Assembly: GCA_039024635.1 (NCBI GenBank)
Contig: JBCCQA010000003.1
Location: forward strand, 62,241-126,240
Direction of reading: 5' to 3'
Length of the DNA stretch: 64,000 nucleotides
Source of the DNA: Myxococcota bacterium
GTDB lineage: Bacteria; Myxococcota; Kuafuiibacteriia; Kuafuiibacteriales; Kuafuiibacteriaceae
Under the pieces are notes generated by a model that saw only the letters and a list, made by a program, of their open reading frames with translations, did not search any database and had not been told where the DNA came from. Shown in pieces: positions 51,723-61,714 of this stretch (positions within the stretch are counted from its first letter, which is position 1; each line of letters opens with the position of its first letter). Made by a program: the position numbers and the translations under genes.

Positions 51723-53066
51723 TCAGAGAGGGAAAGCACGATTCCAACGAAGCCCGAGCTGGACCAACACCTGCGGGAAGGCCAAATCGAAGCCCAAGTC
51801 CGCGTTTTCTGGGGTGTTCTCTTGGTTTCGGATGGGGAAGAACTGTCGAGTCAAGGCTCGCCCCGACACCCCAAGCGTCGCCGACCACTCCTCACTGAGC
51901 CGTCGGACGATCGAGAGGCTCACCTGAAACCCGCCTTGGAGGATCGGACGAGAGCCAGGGGCCGCTTGGGCCCTGAAAGCAGGCGCATCCACCAAGCTGA
52001 AGACCGACGCAGCAGCAGAGAGCGACCAGTCCTGGTCGAAGCGGGCGAAGAAGAAGAGCGTCAGCCGCAGATTGGGAACGGCCCGACCCAGCAGCACGTT
52101 CAACTGCGGCGCCAAAGAGACTTCACTGGCCAAGCGATAGCTTAGTCTTTCTCGAGGCGGCTCGAAGTAGGTCAGGCGAAGGTTCGCGGCGGGAAAGCCG
52201 GAGACGCGGTCACTGGCGGGTTGGCCGGTCAACTCTTCCGTGGGGACATTGAAGAAAGCACCGGCGCGCATGATGACTTCCCATTTGCGACTCAAGATCC
52301 GGCGAAAACGTCCTTCTCCCGTCAGAATCAGGGAACTCTGGCCAAGCACATCCGTTCCGTCCGGGTTGGACAGGCTGAATCCAGCGTACTGGGAGCTGAG
52401 GCCAGCCCCCAAGAAGGTGCGGCGAGAGGCGGCCCAATCCGAGAAGGCGCTTCCGAGGACGGAAAGCACGCGCGGCAGACCCACGACTTCGTTCCCATTG
52501 ACGTCGAAGGCTTCGTTGGAGGTGAAGCCCGATCTTGCTTCAGCCCCCCAGCTGAATCTCCGTCCGGCGAGGCCCGAAAGACCGAACCCTCCATTGACGC
52601 TCGTCGACTGAAAGAAGGCGGTCCCCTCAGGAATCGCCTGGCTCTGCTCTTCGAGGCTGTCGACGTCTTGAGCGAAACCAATGTTGTCCCGCCGGGAAAA
52701 AACCCCACGTGCGTCCAAGCTGAGCTCGAGGGTCGGCAGCAGATCGAAGCTTCCCCGGGCATCACCCCCGAAGCCTCCGAAGAATAGGACCGACCGCTGC
52801 CCATCTACCGATTGAATTCCGTCACCGAATTGGGTCGAAGCATTGCCATCGATGCCCAAACCCCAGCTCGACCGGCGTTGAATCCCAACGAGGGCGCTTC
52901 TCACGCGCCCCCGGACTTGTCCGCCTGCCCGGTCCGTCTGGGCGTCCGCTCCAGCGCCCGGCGTACCCAGCAGCCCACCTCCGGTCGTCGTCTCGGCCGA
53001 AAGTTTGAGCGAGGTGTCTGACTGGGCAGTGAGCATCAACGCCAGGAGGGTGGCGCCCGTCATCAC
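51723..53066 (-). CDS. Outer-membrane beta-barrel protein, likely polysaccharide-export partner (EpsX-like)
   Basis: Signal peptide; amphipathic beta-strands; C-terminal QVLVQLGLRW; ATGA-coupled to the OPX gene. Confidence 0.7.
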   Translation of the reverse strand: MMTGATLLALMLTAQSDTSLKLSAETTTGGGLLGTPGAGADAQTDRAGGQVRGRVRSALVGIQRRSSWGLGIDGNASTQFGDGIQSVDGQRSVLFFGGFGGDARGSFDLLPTLELSLDARGVFSRRDNIGFAQDVDSLEEQSQAIPEGTAFFQSTSVNGGFGLSGLAGRRFSWGAEARSGFTSNEAFDVNGNEVVGLPRVLSVLGSAFSDWAASRRTFLGAGLSSQYAGFSLSNPDGTDVLGQSSLILTGEGRFRRILSRKWEVIMRAGAFFNVPTEELTGQPASDRVSGFPAANLRLTYFEPPRERLSYRLASEVSLAPQLNVLLGRAVPNLRLTLFFFARFDQDWSLSAAASVFSLVDAPAFRAQAAPGSRPILQGGFQVSLSIVRRLSEEWSATLGVSGRALTRQFFPIRNQENTPENADLGFDLAFPQVLVQLGLRWNRAFPL

Positions 53067-53638
53067 TCGACTACCAAGGTGTCGCCGTCACGTAGCTCGA
53101 AGTCGAGGCTCTTGACTTCGCCGCCTGTGAGGTCCTCGTAGCGAAAACGAACCCGCTTGCCGGCGCCGGAACGGACGACGTAGATGCCGGAGCGGTCGGC
53201 GAATTCAGTCAAGCCCCCAGCTTGGGCGAGGACGGCCAGGATGTTGTCGACACCGCTGATTTCGTAGGTTCCTGGGCTTCGCACCTCGCCGATGATGCCC
53301 ACTTTGAGCAGCCTGGTTTGACTCATCGAGACGGTGACCCGAGGCTCGATGACGATTCCGTCGAGCTTCTTGATCAGGAGTTTCTGAACCTGAATGGAAG
53401 TCTTGCCTTCGACCTGAACGGGTCCGACGACGGGCATCAGGATGGTGCCGTCCCGGCGGACTTTGAGGTCCCCCGACAAGCTCTCCTGTCCAGTAACCTG
53501 CACCGTCACCGCGTCCGAGGGTCTGAGCCGGCCATCCGTCTCGGCAGGCGGGAGGTCGGTGGCCCAGACGTACGGGTAGCCGGACGCGCAGCCTGCGACC
53601 AGGAACGGAATGACAAAGGCTCCTCTGGAAGCTCTCAT
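53063..53638 (-). CDS. Short polysaccharide export (OPX/Wza-like, EpsY-type) lipoprotein
   Basis: Lipobox VAGC; LRPSDAVTVQV, VRRDGTILMPVVG, GEVRSPG, AGGLTEFA and LRDGDTLVVE motifs (Poly_export + SLBB); no OM-spanning C-terminal helix. Confidence 0.9.
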   Translation of the reverse strand: MRASRGAFVIPFLVAGCASGYPYVWATDLPPAETDGRLRPSDAVTVQVTGQESLSGDLKVRRDGTILMPVVGPVQVEGKTSIQVQKLLIKKLDGIVIEPRVTVSMSQTRLLKVGIIGEVRSPGTYEISGVDNILAVLAQAGGLTEFADRSGIYVVRSGAGKRVRFRYEDLTGGEVKSLDFELRDGDTLVVE

Positions 53639-53729
53639 GTCCCTTCGACTTTGCATGCCCTGGTCCCCAATCCAAGTCGCGTCCCTGACTTGACGACAGG
53701 CCCCTATTGACCTGCAGAATGAAGTGTAG

Positions 53730-54821
53730 GTGATGCGGGACGAGCTCGTACTCAGCGAACGGCAGCGAGACATCCTCACCGCGGTGGTCGAGGATTTCAT
53801 CGCCACCGCCGAACCCGTGGGGAGCCGGACACTGACCCGCCGTCGGAGCCTCGGCCTGTCCCCCGCCACCGTCCGAAACACCATGGCGGACCTGGAGGAC
53901 TTGGGGCTCCTGTCGGCGCCCCACGCCTCGGCCGGCCGCATCCCGACCCTGGCCGGCTTCCGTATCTACGTAGAGAGGCTCGCCTTGCGGGGTCGAATCT
54001 CCAGCCGAGACCGGGAGCTGGTCCACACCCTCACGGGAGCCGTGGGTACGGGTGACACGAGCCAAGTGCTGAGGGAGGCCGGCCGGGTCTTGAGCACGGT
54101 CTCTCGCCACGCCTCCTTGGTGCTGATGCCCAGCTTGGAGGAGGTGGTCTTCGAATCCATCCAGTTCATGCCCCTTCGGGATTCCATGATTTTGGCCGTC
54201 TTCGTGGCCAAGAGCGGCTTCATCCAGCACCGGGTCATCGACGCCGGCGTCGGCACGGATCGAGACGAACTCACCCGCATGTCGAACTATCTGGGTTCAC
54301 TGCTCGGCGGAAAGCGGCTGGTCGAGGTGAGAGTCGAGATCCTGCGCTCGATGAACGACGAGCGAGCAAGAGCCGACGTGATGATGAGGAGTGCTCTTCT
54401 CCTGGGTCAAAAGGCCCTGGGCGACGAAGCGGAGGTCACGGTCCTCTTGGAGGGTGAGCGGACCTTCCTCGACCAGCCCGAGTTCGCGGACATCCAGCGC
54501 ATGCGGAAGCTGCTCCGCGCCTTCGAGGAGAAGACGCTGCTACTCAAGCTCCTGGATGCAGCCACGTCCTCGCCGATCGGAGCCCAAGCCGCCTCTTCGG
54601 CCGAGACCGCGGTTGTGCTGGGCAGCGAGAGCAACGAGCGAGATCTGGCTGACTTGGCCGCCGTCACGGCGACCTATGCCACCGGGGATGGGGCCGCAGG
54701 TCGGGTGGGGATCGTCGGACCCACCCGAATGAACTACGGCCGGGTGATTCCTCTCGTCGAGCTGACGGCCCAGGCCGTTTCCCAGACGCTGAGCCCCGAC
54801 GTAGACGATGATGAGGACTGA
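53730..54821 (+). CDS. hrcA: Heat-inducible transcription repressor
   Basis: EPVGSRTL, SPATVRNTMADLE, PHASAGRIPT and GIVGPTRMNY motifs. Confidence 0.97.
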   Translation: MMRDELVLSERQRDILTAVVEDFIATAEPVGSRTLTRRRSLGLSPATVRNTMADLEDLGLLSAPHASAGRIPTLAGFRIYVERLALRGRISSRDRELVHTLTGAVGTGDTSQVLREAGRVLSTVSRHASLVLMPSLEEVVFESIQFMPLRDSMILAVFVAKSGFIQHRVIDAGVGTDRDELTRMSNYLGSLLGGKRLVEVRVEILRSMNDERARADVMMRSALLLGQKALGDEAEVTVLLEGERTFLDQPEFADIQRMRKLLRAFEEKTLLLKLLDAATSSPIGAQAASSAETAVVLGSESNERDLADLAAVTATYATGDGAAGRVGIVGPTRMNYGRVIPLVELTAQAVSQTLSPDVDDDED

Positions 54822-54840
54822 TCCGAGGCGGATCCTCGGC

Positions 54841-54869
54841 TTGCCTGCAATCCAGGCCCATGACAGCTT
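54841..54869 (+). promoter_or_regulatory. Putative internal promoter for grpE-dnaK (leaderless geometry)
   Basis: TTGCCT-N17-CAGCTT with extended TG, 6 nt before GTG 54876. Confidence 0.45.
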
Positions 54870-54875
54870 CGGCGG

Positions 54876-55487
54876 GTGAACGACCGTGCTCCGGAGAATT
54901 CTTCCGAGTCCGAGGAGCGGCCCGACGAGGCCGCTGAGAGCCATGGCACAGACCCTGAGGCCGAGCTCGTAGAAACCCGTCAGGCTCTGGAGGAAGAGCT
55001 CGCAAAGGTTCGCGCCGAAGGCGAGGACATCAAGAACAAGTGGCTGCGATCGGCAGCCGACTTGGAGAACTACAAGAAGCGTTCGGTCAAAGAGCGGGAA
55101 GAGGCAGTGCGGTTTGGGAACGAACGGCTGTTGAAAGACTTTTTGCCGGTCTTCGACGATCTCGACCGAGCGCTGGAGATGTTGGGCCAGGCCCAAGACG
55201 AAGCGTCGCAGAAACTAGTTGAAGGCATGGAGCTCGTTCGTAAGAAGTTCCTGTCTCAGCTGGAGAAGCACGGCGTAGTCAGCTTCGAGAGCAAAGGCGA
55301 AACCTTCGACCCAGCGCTCCACGACGCCATTCAGCAGTCCCACGACCCTGAACTGGAATCAGGCCGTGTAATGGCCGAGGTCCAACGAGGCTTCAAGCTT
55401 AACGACCGACTCTTGCGACCGGCCATGGTCGTCGTCTCTCTCGGACCGGCGCCAGGCACAGAGGGCGAGGAGGCCGCTGACGCATGA
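54876..55487 (+). CDS. grpE: Nucleotide exchange factor GrpE
   Basis: [28 protein letters not shown] and [16 protein letters not shown] motifs. Confidence 0.97.
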   Translation: MNDRAPENSSESEERPDEAAESHGTDPEAELVETRQALEEELAKVRAEGEDIKNKWLRSAADLENYKKRSVKEREEAVRFGNERLLKDFLPVFDDLDRALEMLGQAQDEASQKLVEGMELVRKKFLSQLEKHGVVSFESKGETFDPALHDAIQQSHDPELESGRVMAEVQRGFKLNDRLLRPAMVVVSLGPAPGTEGEEAADA

Positions 55488-57352
55488 GCAAGATCATCGG
55501 CATCGACCTTGGCACGACAAACTCGTGCGTGGCCGTGATGGACGGCGGCGATGCCGTAGTGATCCCCAACTCCGAGGGCAGCCGAACGACTCCGTCGATG
55601 GTGGCCTTCACCGAAGGGGGCGAGCGACTGGTCGGCCAGATTGCCAAGCGGCAGGCGGTAACGAATTCCGAGAACACAGTGTTCTCGGTGAAGCGATTCA
55701 TCGGTCGACGCTTCGATTCGGACGAGGTGGAGCAAGACATCGAGAAGGCGCCCTACGCCGTCATCGAGGCCGAGAATCAAGAAGCCTGGATCAAGGTGAG
55801 GGACAAGAGTCACTCCCCTCAGGAGATCTCGGCCATGATCCTCATGAAGATGAAGGAGACGGCCGAGGACTACCTGGGCGAAGATGTCAGTGATGCCGTC
55901 ATCACGGTCCCCGCCTACTTCAACGATGCGCAACGGCAGGCGACCAAGGACGCAGGCAAGATTGCCGGTCTGAACGTTCAGCGAATCATCAACGAACCAA
56001 CGGCGGCTGCCCTGGCCTACGGTCTAGACAAACAGGAGAACGTTAAGATTGCGGTCTACGACCTCGGCGGCGGAACCTTCGACATCTCGATCCTCGAGCT
56101 GGGTGATGGTGTGTTCGAGGTGAAGTCGACCAACGGTGACACCCACCTCGGGGGCGACGACTTCGACCTCGAAATCATCAACTTCCTTTCCGACAAGTTC
56201 GCCGAAGAGAACTCGGGCGCCGACCTGAGGAAGGACAAGATGGCGCTCCAGCGGCTGAAGGAGGCGGCCGAGAAGGCCAAGCACGAATTGAGCTCCAGCA
56301 CCGAGACCGACATCAACCTCCCCTTCATCATGGCCGACTCCACCGGGCCCAAGCACTTGAACGTCACTTTGATGCGCCAAGACTTGGAGCGGCTGGTCGA
56401 GCCCCTGATTCAGCGCTCACTAGAACCTTGCAAAAAGGCCCTCGAGGACGCGGGCCTAACCAAGAAAGACATCGACGAGGTCCTGCTCGTGGGTGGTCAG
56501 ACTCGAATGCCGAGGATCCAGAGCGTGGTTGGAGACTTCTTCGAGAAGGGACCCAACAAGAAGATCAATCCCGACGAGGTGGTAGCGAAGGGGGCGGCCA
56601 TCCAAGGTGGCGTGCTGAAGGGCGACGTGAAGAACGTGCTCCTCCTGGACGTGAATCCGCTCTCTCTCGGCGTCGAGACTTCGGGCGGCGTCTTCACGCC
56701 CATCATCACCCGCAACACGACCATCCCAGCCAAGCGCTCCATGGTGTTCTCTACAGCCCAGGACAACCAGCCGATCGTCGACGTTCACGCCCTGCAGGGA
56801 GAGCGTCCCATGGCGGAGGACAACAAGACTCTGGGACGCTTTCAGCTAGTAGGCATCCCCCCTGCACCTCGCGGCGTACCCCAGATCGAGGTCACTTTCG
56901 ACATCGACGCGAACGGAATCGTTCACGCCTCGGCACGGGATCTCGCGACGGGGAAGCAGCAACAGATCAAGATCACGGCCTCGTCCGGCCTGACCGAGGA
57001 CGAGATCGACAGGATGGTTCAAGAAGCCGAGTCCTCGAAGGGAGACGACGAGCTTCGAAAGCAGTTCGCTGACCTGAAGAACATGGCCGACGGTCTGGTC
57101 TACACCTCCGAGAAGTCTCTGGAAGAGTACTCTTCGATGCTGGAGGAAGACGACATCCAGGACATCAAGGAGGACATCGAAACCGTCAAGGAGGCCATGA
57201 CCCTTGAGCCCAAGGACGTCGGGGAGCTCAAGGACACCATCGACCGACTCCGGGCCGCCATCCAGCGTCTCGAAGGCTCGTCTCATCGCATCGCGGAAGC
57301 GATGTACAAAGACCTCGAAGACGACGGCGACGAAGAAGAGGAACAGAGCTGA
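55484..57352 (+). CDS. dnaK: Molecular chaperone DnaK (Hsp70)
   Basis: [38 protein letters not shown] and [16 protein letters not shown] motifs. Confidence 0.99.
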   Translation: MSKIIGIDLGTTNSCVAVMDGGDAVVIPNSEGSRTTPSMVAFTEGGERLVGQIAKRQAVTNSENTVFSVKRFIGRRFDSDEVEQDIEKAPYAVIEAENQEAWIKVRDKSHSPQEISAMILMKMKETAEDYLGEDVSDAVITVPAYFNDAQRQATKDAGKIAGLNVQRIINEPTAAALAYGLDKQENVKIAVYDLGGGTFDISILELGDGVFEVKSTNGDTHLGGDDFDLEIINFLSDKFAEENSGADLRKDKMALQRLKEAAEKAKHELSSSTETDINLPFIMADSTGPKHLNVTLMRQDLERLVEPLIQRSLEPCKKALEDAGLTKKDIDEVLLVGGQTRMPRIQSVVGDFFEKGPNKKINPDEVVAKGAAIQGGVLKGDVKNVLLLDVNPLSLGVETSGGVFTPIITRNTTIPAKRSMVFSTAQDNQPIVDVHALQGERPMAEDNKTLGRFQLVGIPPAPRGVPQIEVTFDIDANGIVHASARDLATGKQQQIKITASSGLTEDEIDRMVQEAESSKGDDELRKQFADLKNMADGLVYTSEKSLEEYSSMLEEDDIQDIKEDIETVKEAMTLEPKDVGELKDTIDRLRAAIQRLEGSSHRIAEAMYKDLEDDGDEEEEQS

Positions 57353-58413
57353 TGCGCTGCGCCCTCGTCGGGGCGACGGGAATCGCCGGGCAGCAGTTCT
57401 TGTCGGCCCTCCGTGCCCACCCCTTCATCACCGTCAGTCGCCTCGCCGCATCCGAGCGCTCCGCCGGAAAACGTCTCGCAAGAGCGGTGACTCTACCCGA
57501 CGATCGCCTGGCCTGGTACGCCGACGACGAGACCCTTCAAGTCTATGGAGACATGGAGGTCGTGGATGGCCGGTCCCTCGACCTGTCGGGCATCGACGTC
57601 GTCTTCAGCGCCATCGAGTCCGACGCGGCTCGGACCTTAGAGGCTCAGTACGCAGCCACGACGCCGGTGATATCGACCGCTAGCGCTTTTCGCTATGAAG
57701 ACGACGTTCCGCTCATCATACCTGCCATAAACGGCGAGCACGCCGGTCTGATCGAAACCCAACGAAGCAGTCGAGGATGGAGCGGGTTCGTCGTTCCCAT
57801 TCCCAACTGCACGACGACAGGTCTCGCGATCGCCATCGCTCCGCTTCATCGAGCCTTCGGCGCAGAGAAGGTCGTGGTGACCTCGATGCAGGCCGTGAGC
57901 GGCGCGGGAAGGACGCCGGGGGTCTTGGCCCTGGACGTGGTGGACAACGTGGTTCCCTACATCAAGGGAGAAGAAGCCAAGGTCGAACGAGAGACCCGCA
58001 AGCTCCTGGGAAGCCCAGGCACTCCGGCTGAGGTGGCGGTCAGCGCCACCTGCACGCGGGTACCGGTTCTGGAGGGCCACACCGAGAGCGTGGTGGCCTC
58101 CTTCGCCCGGCCCTGCCCCCCGGAAGAAGCCCGCAAGGCCTTGGAGGCCTTCGGTCGCGAGGTGAACCCTGGGACCCATCCCAGCGCACCGGAACGATGG
58201 GTGACCGTCCTCGACCAGGCGGATCGACCACAAGTTCGACTGGACCGGGAGCGGGATGGGGGCATGACGACGACCCTCGGTCGTCTGCGAGAGGACGAGG
58301 TCTTGGGCGCCCATGGCCTTCGTTTCGTCCTGGTTTCGCACAACACGAAGATGGGCGCTGCGAAGGGCGCGGTGCTCGTGGCCGAAGACCTCGCCGCCCG
58401 CGGCCTCCTCTGA
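57352..58413 (+). CDS. asd: Aspartate-semialdehyde dehydrogenase (archaeal/eukaryotic-like subtype)
   Basis: GATGIAGQ, SAFRYEDDVPLIIP, PNCTT, QAVSGAG, TCTRVPVLEGH and SHNTKMGAA motifs; TGATG coupling to dnaK. Confidence 0.93.
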   Translation: MRCALVGATGIAGQQFLSALRAHPFITVSRLAASERSAGKRLARAVTLPDDRLAWYADDETLQVYGDMEVVDGRSLDLSGIDVVFSAIESDAARTLEAQYAATTPVISTASAFRYEDDVPLIIPAINGEHAGLIETQRSSRGWSGFVVPIPNCTTTGLAIAIAPLHRAFGAEKVVVTSMQAVSGAGRTPGVLALDVVDNVVPYIKGEEAKVERETRKLLGSPGTPAEVAVSATCTRVPVLEGHTESVVASFARPCPPEEARKALEAFGREVNPGTHPSAPERWVTVLDQADRPQVRLDRERDGGMTTTLGRLREDEVLGAHGLRFVLVSHNTKMGAAKGAVLVAEDLAARGLL

Positions 58414-58465
58414 GGCTTCCTTCATTCCTCTCTGGGCCTGGGGAGTTGAGCCAGGTAGCCTGGCG

Positions 58466-59314
58466 ATGGTGTCGGGCTTGGTGCAGCTGGGGCCGGGAAG
58501 CGAAGCCGACGCGCTGGAGTTTTGCGCCCGTCAGCCTGAGCACACGCTCGTCATCGCGGGATGGCTCGGAGAGGGAGGCCTTCGCCGCTCGGACAAGACG
58601 CAGAAGGCATGGCTGTTCGCCGAACAGGACGAGCAGCGACGGGTGCAGGGCCTGGTCTACGTATCGGACAACGGCATCGTCCTGCCCGTCCTCCGCTCTC
58701 GCTCGGCCCTCGACGCGCTGGTAGAACTCGGGGCCCGAAATCCACAGGTGATTCGGGTGGTGGTTGGTGAACGCTCCACCGTCGATCACCTGCTGCGGGC
58801 CTGGGTGCCCCGAGGCTTTCGACCCAGACTTCACCGTGATCAGCTAGCCTACGTCGTGGGCGAGGACGGCTTCTCTCCCCATGGTAACGTCGAGCTCCGA
58901 CCGGCCGAACCCGAAGACCTGGATGCCCTCGTCGAAGCCTCGGCTGAGATGGCCCGTGAGGAAGCGGGCGACGACCCCCAGGCCCGAAATCCGGGACTGT
59001 TCCGAAGCCGCATCAAGAAGCGCATCGAGCGAGGACGAGACTTCGTCTTGATGACTTCCCAGGGGCTGTCCTTCAAGAGCAACGTGGCTGCCCTCTCTTC
59101 TTTTGGCGGCCAAGTCGAGGGCATCTTCGTTCCACCTGCTCACCGTCAGCAGGGCCTCGGCCTGAAAGGAACGAGCTGGGTGACTCGGTGGATCCTAGAC
59201 CGGGCGCCTCGGGCCTGCTTGCTCGTGAACGAAGACAACCAGGGAGCCAAGCGCCTTTACCTTCGCTTGGGCTACGTCCTCAGTCACTCTAGTCGGACGT
59301 CATTTTTCGCTTGA
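58466..59314 (+). CDS. GNAT-family acetyltransferase (DUF4081-like N-terminus)
   Basis: QVEGIFVPPAHRQQGLG (motif A) and LLVNEDNQGAKRLYLRLGY motifs. Confidence 0.88.
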   Translation: MVSGLVQLGPGSEADALEFCARQPEHTLVIAGWLGEGGLRRSDKTQKAWLFAEQDEQRRVQGLVYVSDNGIVLPVLRSRSALDALVELGARNPQVIRVVVGERSTVDHLLRAWVPRGFRPRLHRDQLAYVVGEDGFSPHGNVELRPAEPEDLDALVEASAEMAREEAGDDPQARNPGLFRSRIKKRIERGRDFVLMTSQGLSFKSNVAALSSFGGQVEGIFVPPAHRQQGLGLKGTSWVTRWILDRAPRACLLVNEDNQGAKRLYLRLGYVLSHSSRTSFFA

Positions 59315-61596
59315 AGCGAGTCCGCCTCTGCTTCGAGGCGGTCGGCGTCGAACAAGCCGTTTTCCGACAGCATCTTCAAGGCGGCGGCGAAGCGGGTTCT
59401 CAGGTGGGTGCCCTCGGTCTCCCGAAGCCAGTGAGCCCACTCAGGCTCGGGCGTTTCGAAGCGCGTGTCTTCGTCGAAGACGTTCGGGTCCTGCACGTCC
59501 TCGGTCGTCTGGGAGGAGGCGTCCAATGCCGGGATCTCGTCGGTTTGCGGAACCAAGGCATCGACTGACTCGGCGTCCCGAAGGTCCCCGGTTTCTGCCT
59601 CGTCCGAAGCAACGACCTCGGGCGGCGGCGGCTTCGGCCGCTCTTCGACGTCCTGGGTTGGAGCTGCCGAGTCGGACTCGACGGCGGAGGATGCGCCTCG
59701 GTCTCTCACCGCTTCCGAGGCCGCATCGGCCCCGAGTCCATCCAATAGGTCCCCCCACTTCAGGCTGGGATCCGGCGTGCTGCGCTCCCTCGGAGCCGGC
59801 GTTCGGGACGCGGCCGGGCTGGAGACGACGGAGGCGGGGGAGGGGGCGCGGGTTGCCACCACCGCGGGTGGCTCCGGGACCCGCTCGGAGAAGTCACTGA
59901 GGGCCTCTGGGGAGAATTCGGGCAGGTCCTGAGAGACATGGACTTCGGGTTTGTGGAATGAGGGCTCGTTTTCGGACTCGGAAGCAAACTCCAGCTGACC
60001 CTCTTCTTCAGAAGCCGAGCCCTGTACTTCTTCCGAGAGACGATCCAGGACTTCGTGCTGAACGGCTTCCGGCCCCGTCGCGAAAGCCACGGCCTCGACT
60101 CGCTCAGCCTCGGGCGGCGGGCTGGCGTCGGCGTCCTCGATGGGCGCATCCAGGGCTTCCGCGTCCACCTCCGCGTCATCTTCCCTGGGTGCCGCCAACG
60201 CTTCGGCATCGTCCTCGGAGGGTGCAGCCAGGACTTCGGCATCCACCCCGACGTCGTCCTCGAAGGGCGCCGCTAGGGCTTCGGCGTCGACCTCCGCGTC
60301 GTCTTCGAGGGGTGCATCCAGGGCTTCGGCATCGACCTCCGCGTCATCCTCAAGGGGCACAGCCAGGGCATCCACGTCGACCTCGGCGTCGCCCTCGAGG
60401 GGCGCAGCCAGAGCCTCCGCGTCGATCTCGGCGTCGCCCTCGAGGGGCGCAGCCAGGGCCTCCGCTTCGACCCCAGCGTCAACCTCGAAGGGCGCAGCCA
60501 GGGCTCCGGCGTCGACCTCCGCTTCGTCCTCAATGGGGGCAGCCAGAGCCTCGGCGTCGATACCCTCTTCGGTCGGCGCCGCCTGGGCATCTGCATCCAC
60601 GCCATCATCTGCGTCGACAGGCTCAGACAAGGACTCGGCGTCCGTCTCCCCATCTTCGATGGGCTCCAGCTCCTCGAGCACCTCTTCCTCGTCCAGAGGT
60701 TGAATGTCTCGAGACTCGGCAAGCTCGATGGCTTCGACGTCTTCCCTCTTCGGGGCGAGGTCCAAGGAGACGGAGTTGCCGTCCGCCGGCCCCTCGTCCA
60801 CATCGACGCTATCGATGCCCTCAAACTCGTCTTCGACCGGCTGCATGTCGGCGCTCTGCAGCGTAGCAAAGGCGTCGTAGCTCAGCCCGTCAGCGGGGGC
60901 TTCCTCTTCGGACCACTGCCCTTGGTCAAACTGCGGACCCTCGAAGTCGGTCTGGAGGTCGAAGGCGCCGGGTTTTCCAAACAGCGCAGACGGACTTCGG
61001 GAGGGCGGTCTGCTCGGTTGGGAAGACGGCGCCGAAGTCGCTGGCCGCTGGGGAAGATCCTTCTTGAACGGAAGGCCCTGCACGACGGGCACGCCTTGGT
61101 AGTAGCTAGGGCCTTGGGGAGCCTGGGACGCTCGCTGGGGAGCTGACCGTCCGTACTTCTTCTCGAGGGCGAGCTCCATCTCGGTCTCACCCGCCAACAT
61201 CCAGTGCACCCGTGCCCCCGAGCCCAGGGCCTGTCGAACCGCCTCCATGGCCCGCTGATCTAGAGGGTCGGCCAGGGCGACGTACACGACGTCCATGTCG
61301 CCTTCCCGCTTCCGTGCGACGGGCATGACCCGGAGCTCGAGCGCGGTCTCGACCGGGATCAGCGCCAGCACTTTGGGATGAACGGGTGCTTCGACCGGGT
61401 CGCAACTATCAATTCCGAGCTGCCGAGAGAGCGCGTGGGTCAGTCGTTCTTCGGTGATGACGGAGTTATCGACGAGGATCTTGCCCAAGCGGCCGCCCTT
61501 CTCCCGCTGCTGCCGGAGGGCCGCGTCCAACTGGACTTCATCGATGAAGCCAAGGTCGACCAGAAGCTGGCCGAGCCTCGGGGGCGAGGGCGACAT
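59284..61596 (-). CDS. Large MshEN/GspE-N domain protein with long acidic, repeat-containing disordered region
   Basis: RLGQLLVDLGFIDEVQLDAALRQQ and RLGKILVDNSVITEERLTHALSRQ tandem MshEN motifs; VALADP; no ATPase domain. Confidence 0.88.
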   Translation of the reverse strand: MSPSPPRLGQLLVDLGFIDEVQLDAALRQQREKGGRLGKILVDNSVITEERLTHALSRQLGIDSCDPVEAPVHPKVLALIPVETALELRVMPVARKREGDMDVVYVALADPLDQRAMEAVRQALGSGARVHWMLAGETEMELALEKKYGRSAPQRASQAPQGPSYYQGVPVVQGLPFKKDLPQRPATSAPSSQPSRPPSRSPSALFGKPGAFDLQTDFEGPQFDQGQWSEEEAPADGLSYDAFATLQSADMQPVEDEFEGIDSVDVDEGPADGNSVSLDLAPKREDVEAIELAESRDIQPLDEEEVLEELEPIEDGETDAESLSEPVDADDGVDADAQAAPTEEGIDAEALAAPIEDEAEVDAGALAAPFEVDAGVEAEALAAPLEGDAEIDAEALAAPLEGDAEVDVDALAVPLEDDAEVDAEALDAPLEDDAEVDAEALAAPFEDDVGVDAEVLAAPSEDDAEALAAPREDDAEVDAEALDAPIEDADASPPPEAERVEAVAFATGPEAVQHEVLDRLSEEVQGSASEEEGQLEFASESENEPSFHKPEVHVSQDLPEFSPEALSDFSERVPEPPAVVATRAPSPASVVSSPAASRTPAPRERSTPDPSLKWGDLLDGLGADAASEAVRDRGASSAVESDSAAPTQDVEERPKPPPPEVVASDEAETGDLRDAESVDALVPQTDEIPALDASSQTTEDVQDPNVFDEDTRFETPEPEWAHWLRETEGTHLRTRFAAALKMLSENGLFDADRLEAEADSLQAKNDVRLE
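60139..60615 (-). repeat. About 11 imperfect tandem 45-bp (15-aa) coding repeats, consensus EDDAEVDAEALAAPL
   Basis: Units such as EGDAEIDAEALAAPL, EDDAEVDAEALDAPL and EDDAEVDAEALAAPF, visible in both DNA and protein. Confidence 0.92.
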
Positions 61597-61714
61597 CGCA
61601 CGAACGGTAATCGCCTTCGGAAACTCTCGCAAATCCGGGACTTTGGCCAACGCCTCGTCCCGAGTCGTGACGACAAATTGGCGGTCTTGTCCTCACTGTC
61701 GCATGATCGGCCCC

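Noticed and set aside
53689-53712. Sigma32-like promoter (CTTGAC...CCCCTAT) upstream of hrcA
   Set aside because: Spacer is far too short (about 6 nt)
60139-60615. 45-bp repeats as a CRISPR array
   Set aside because: No unique spacers; degenerate in-frame coding repeat; no cas genes
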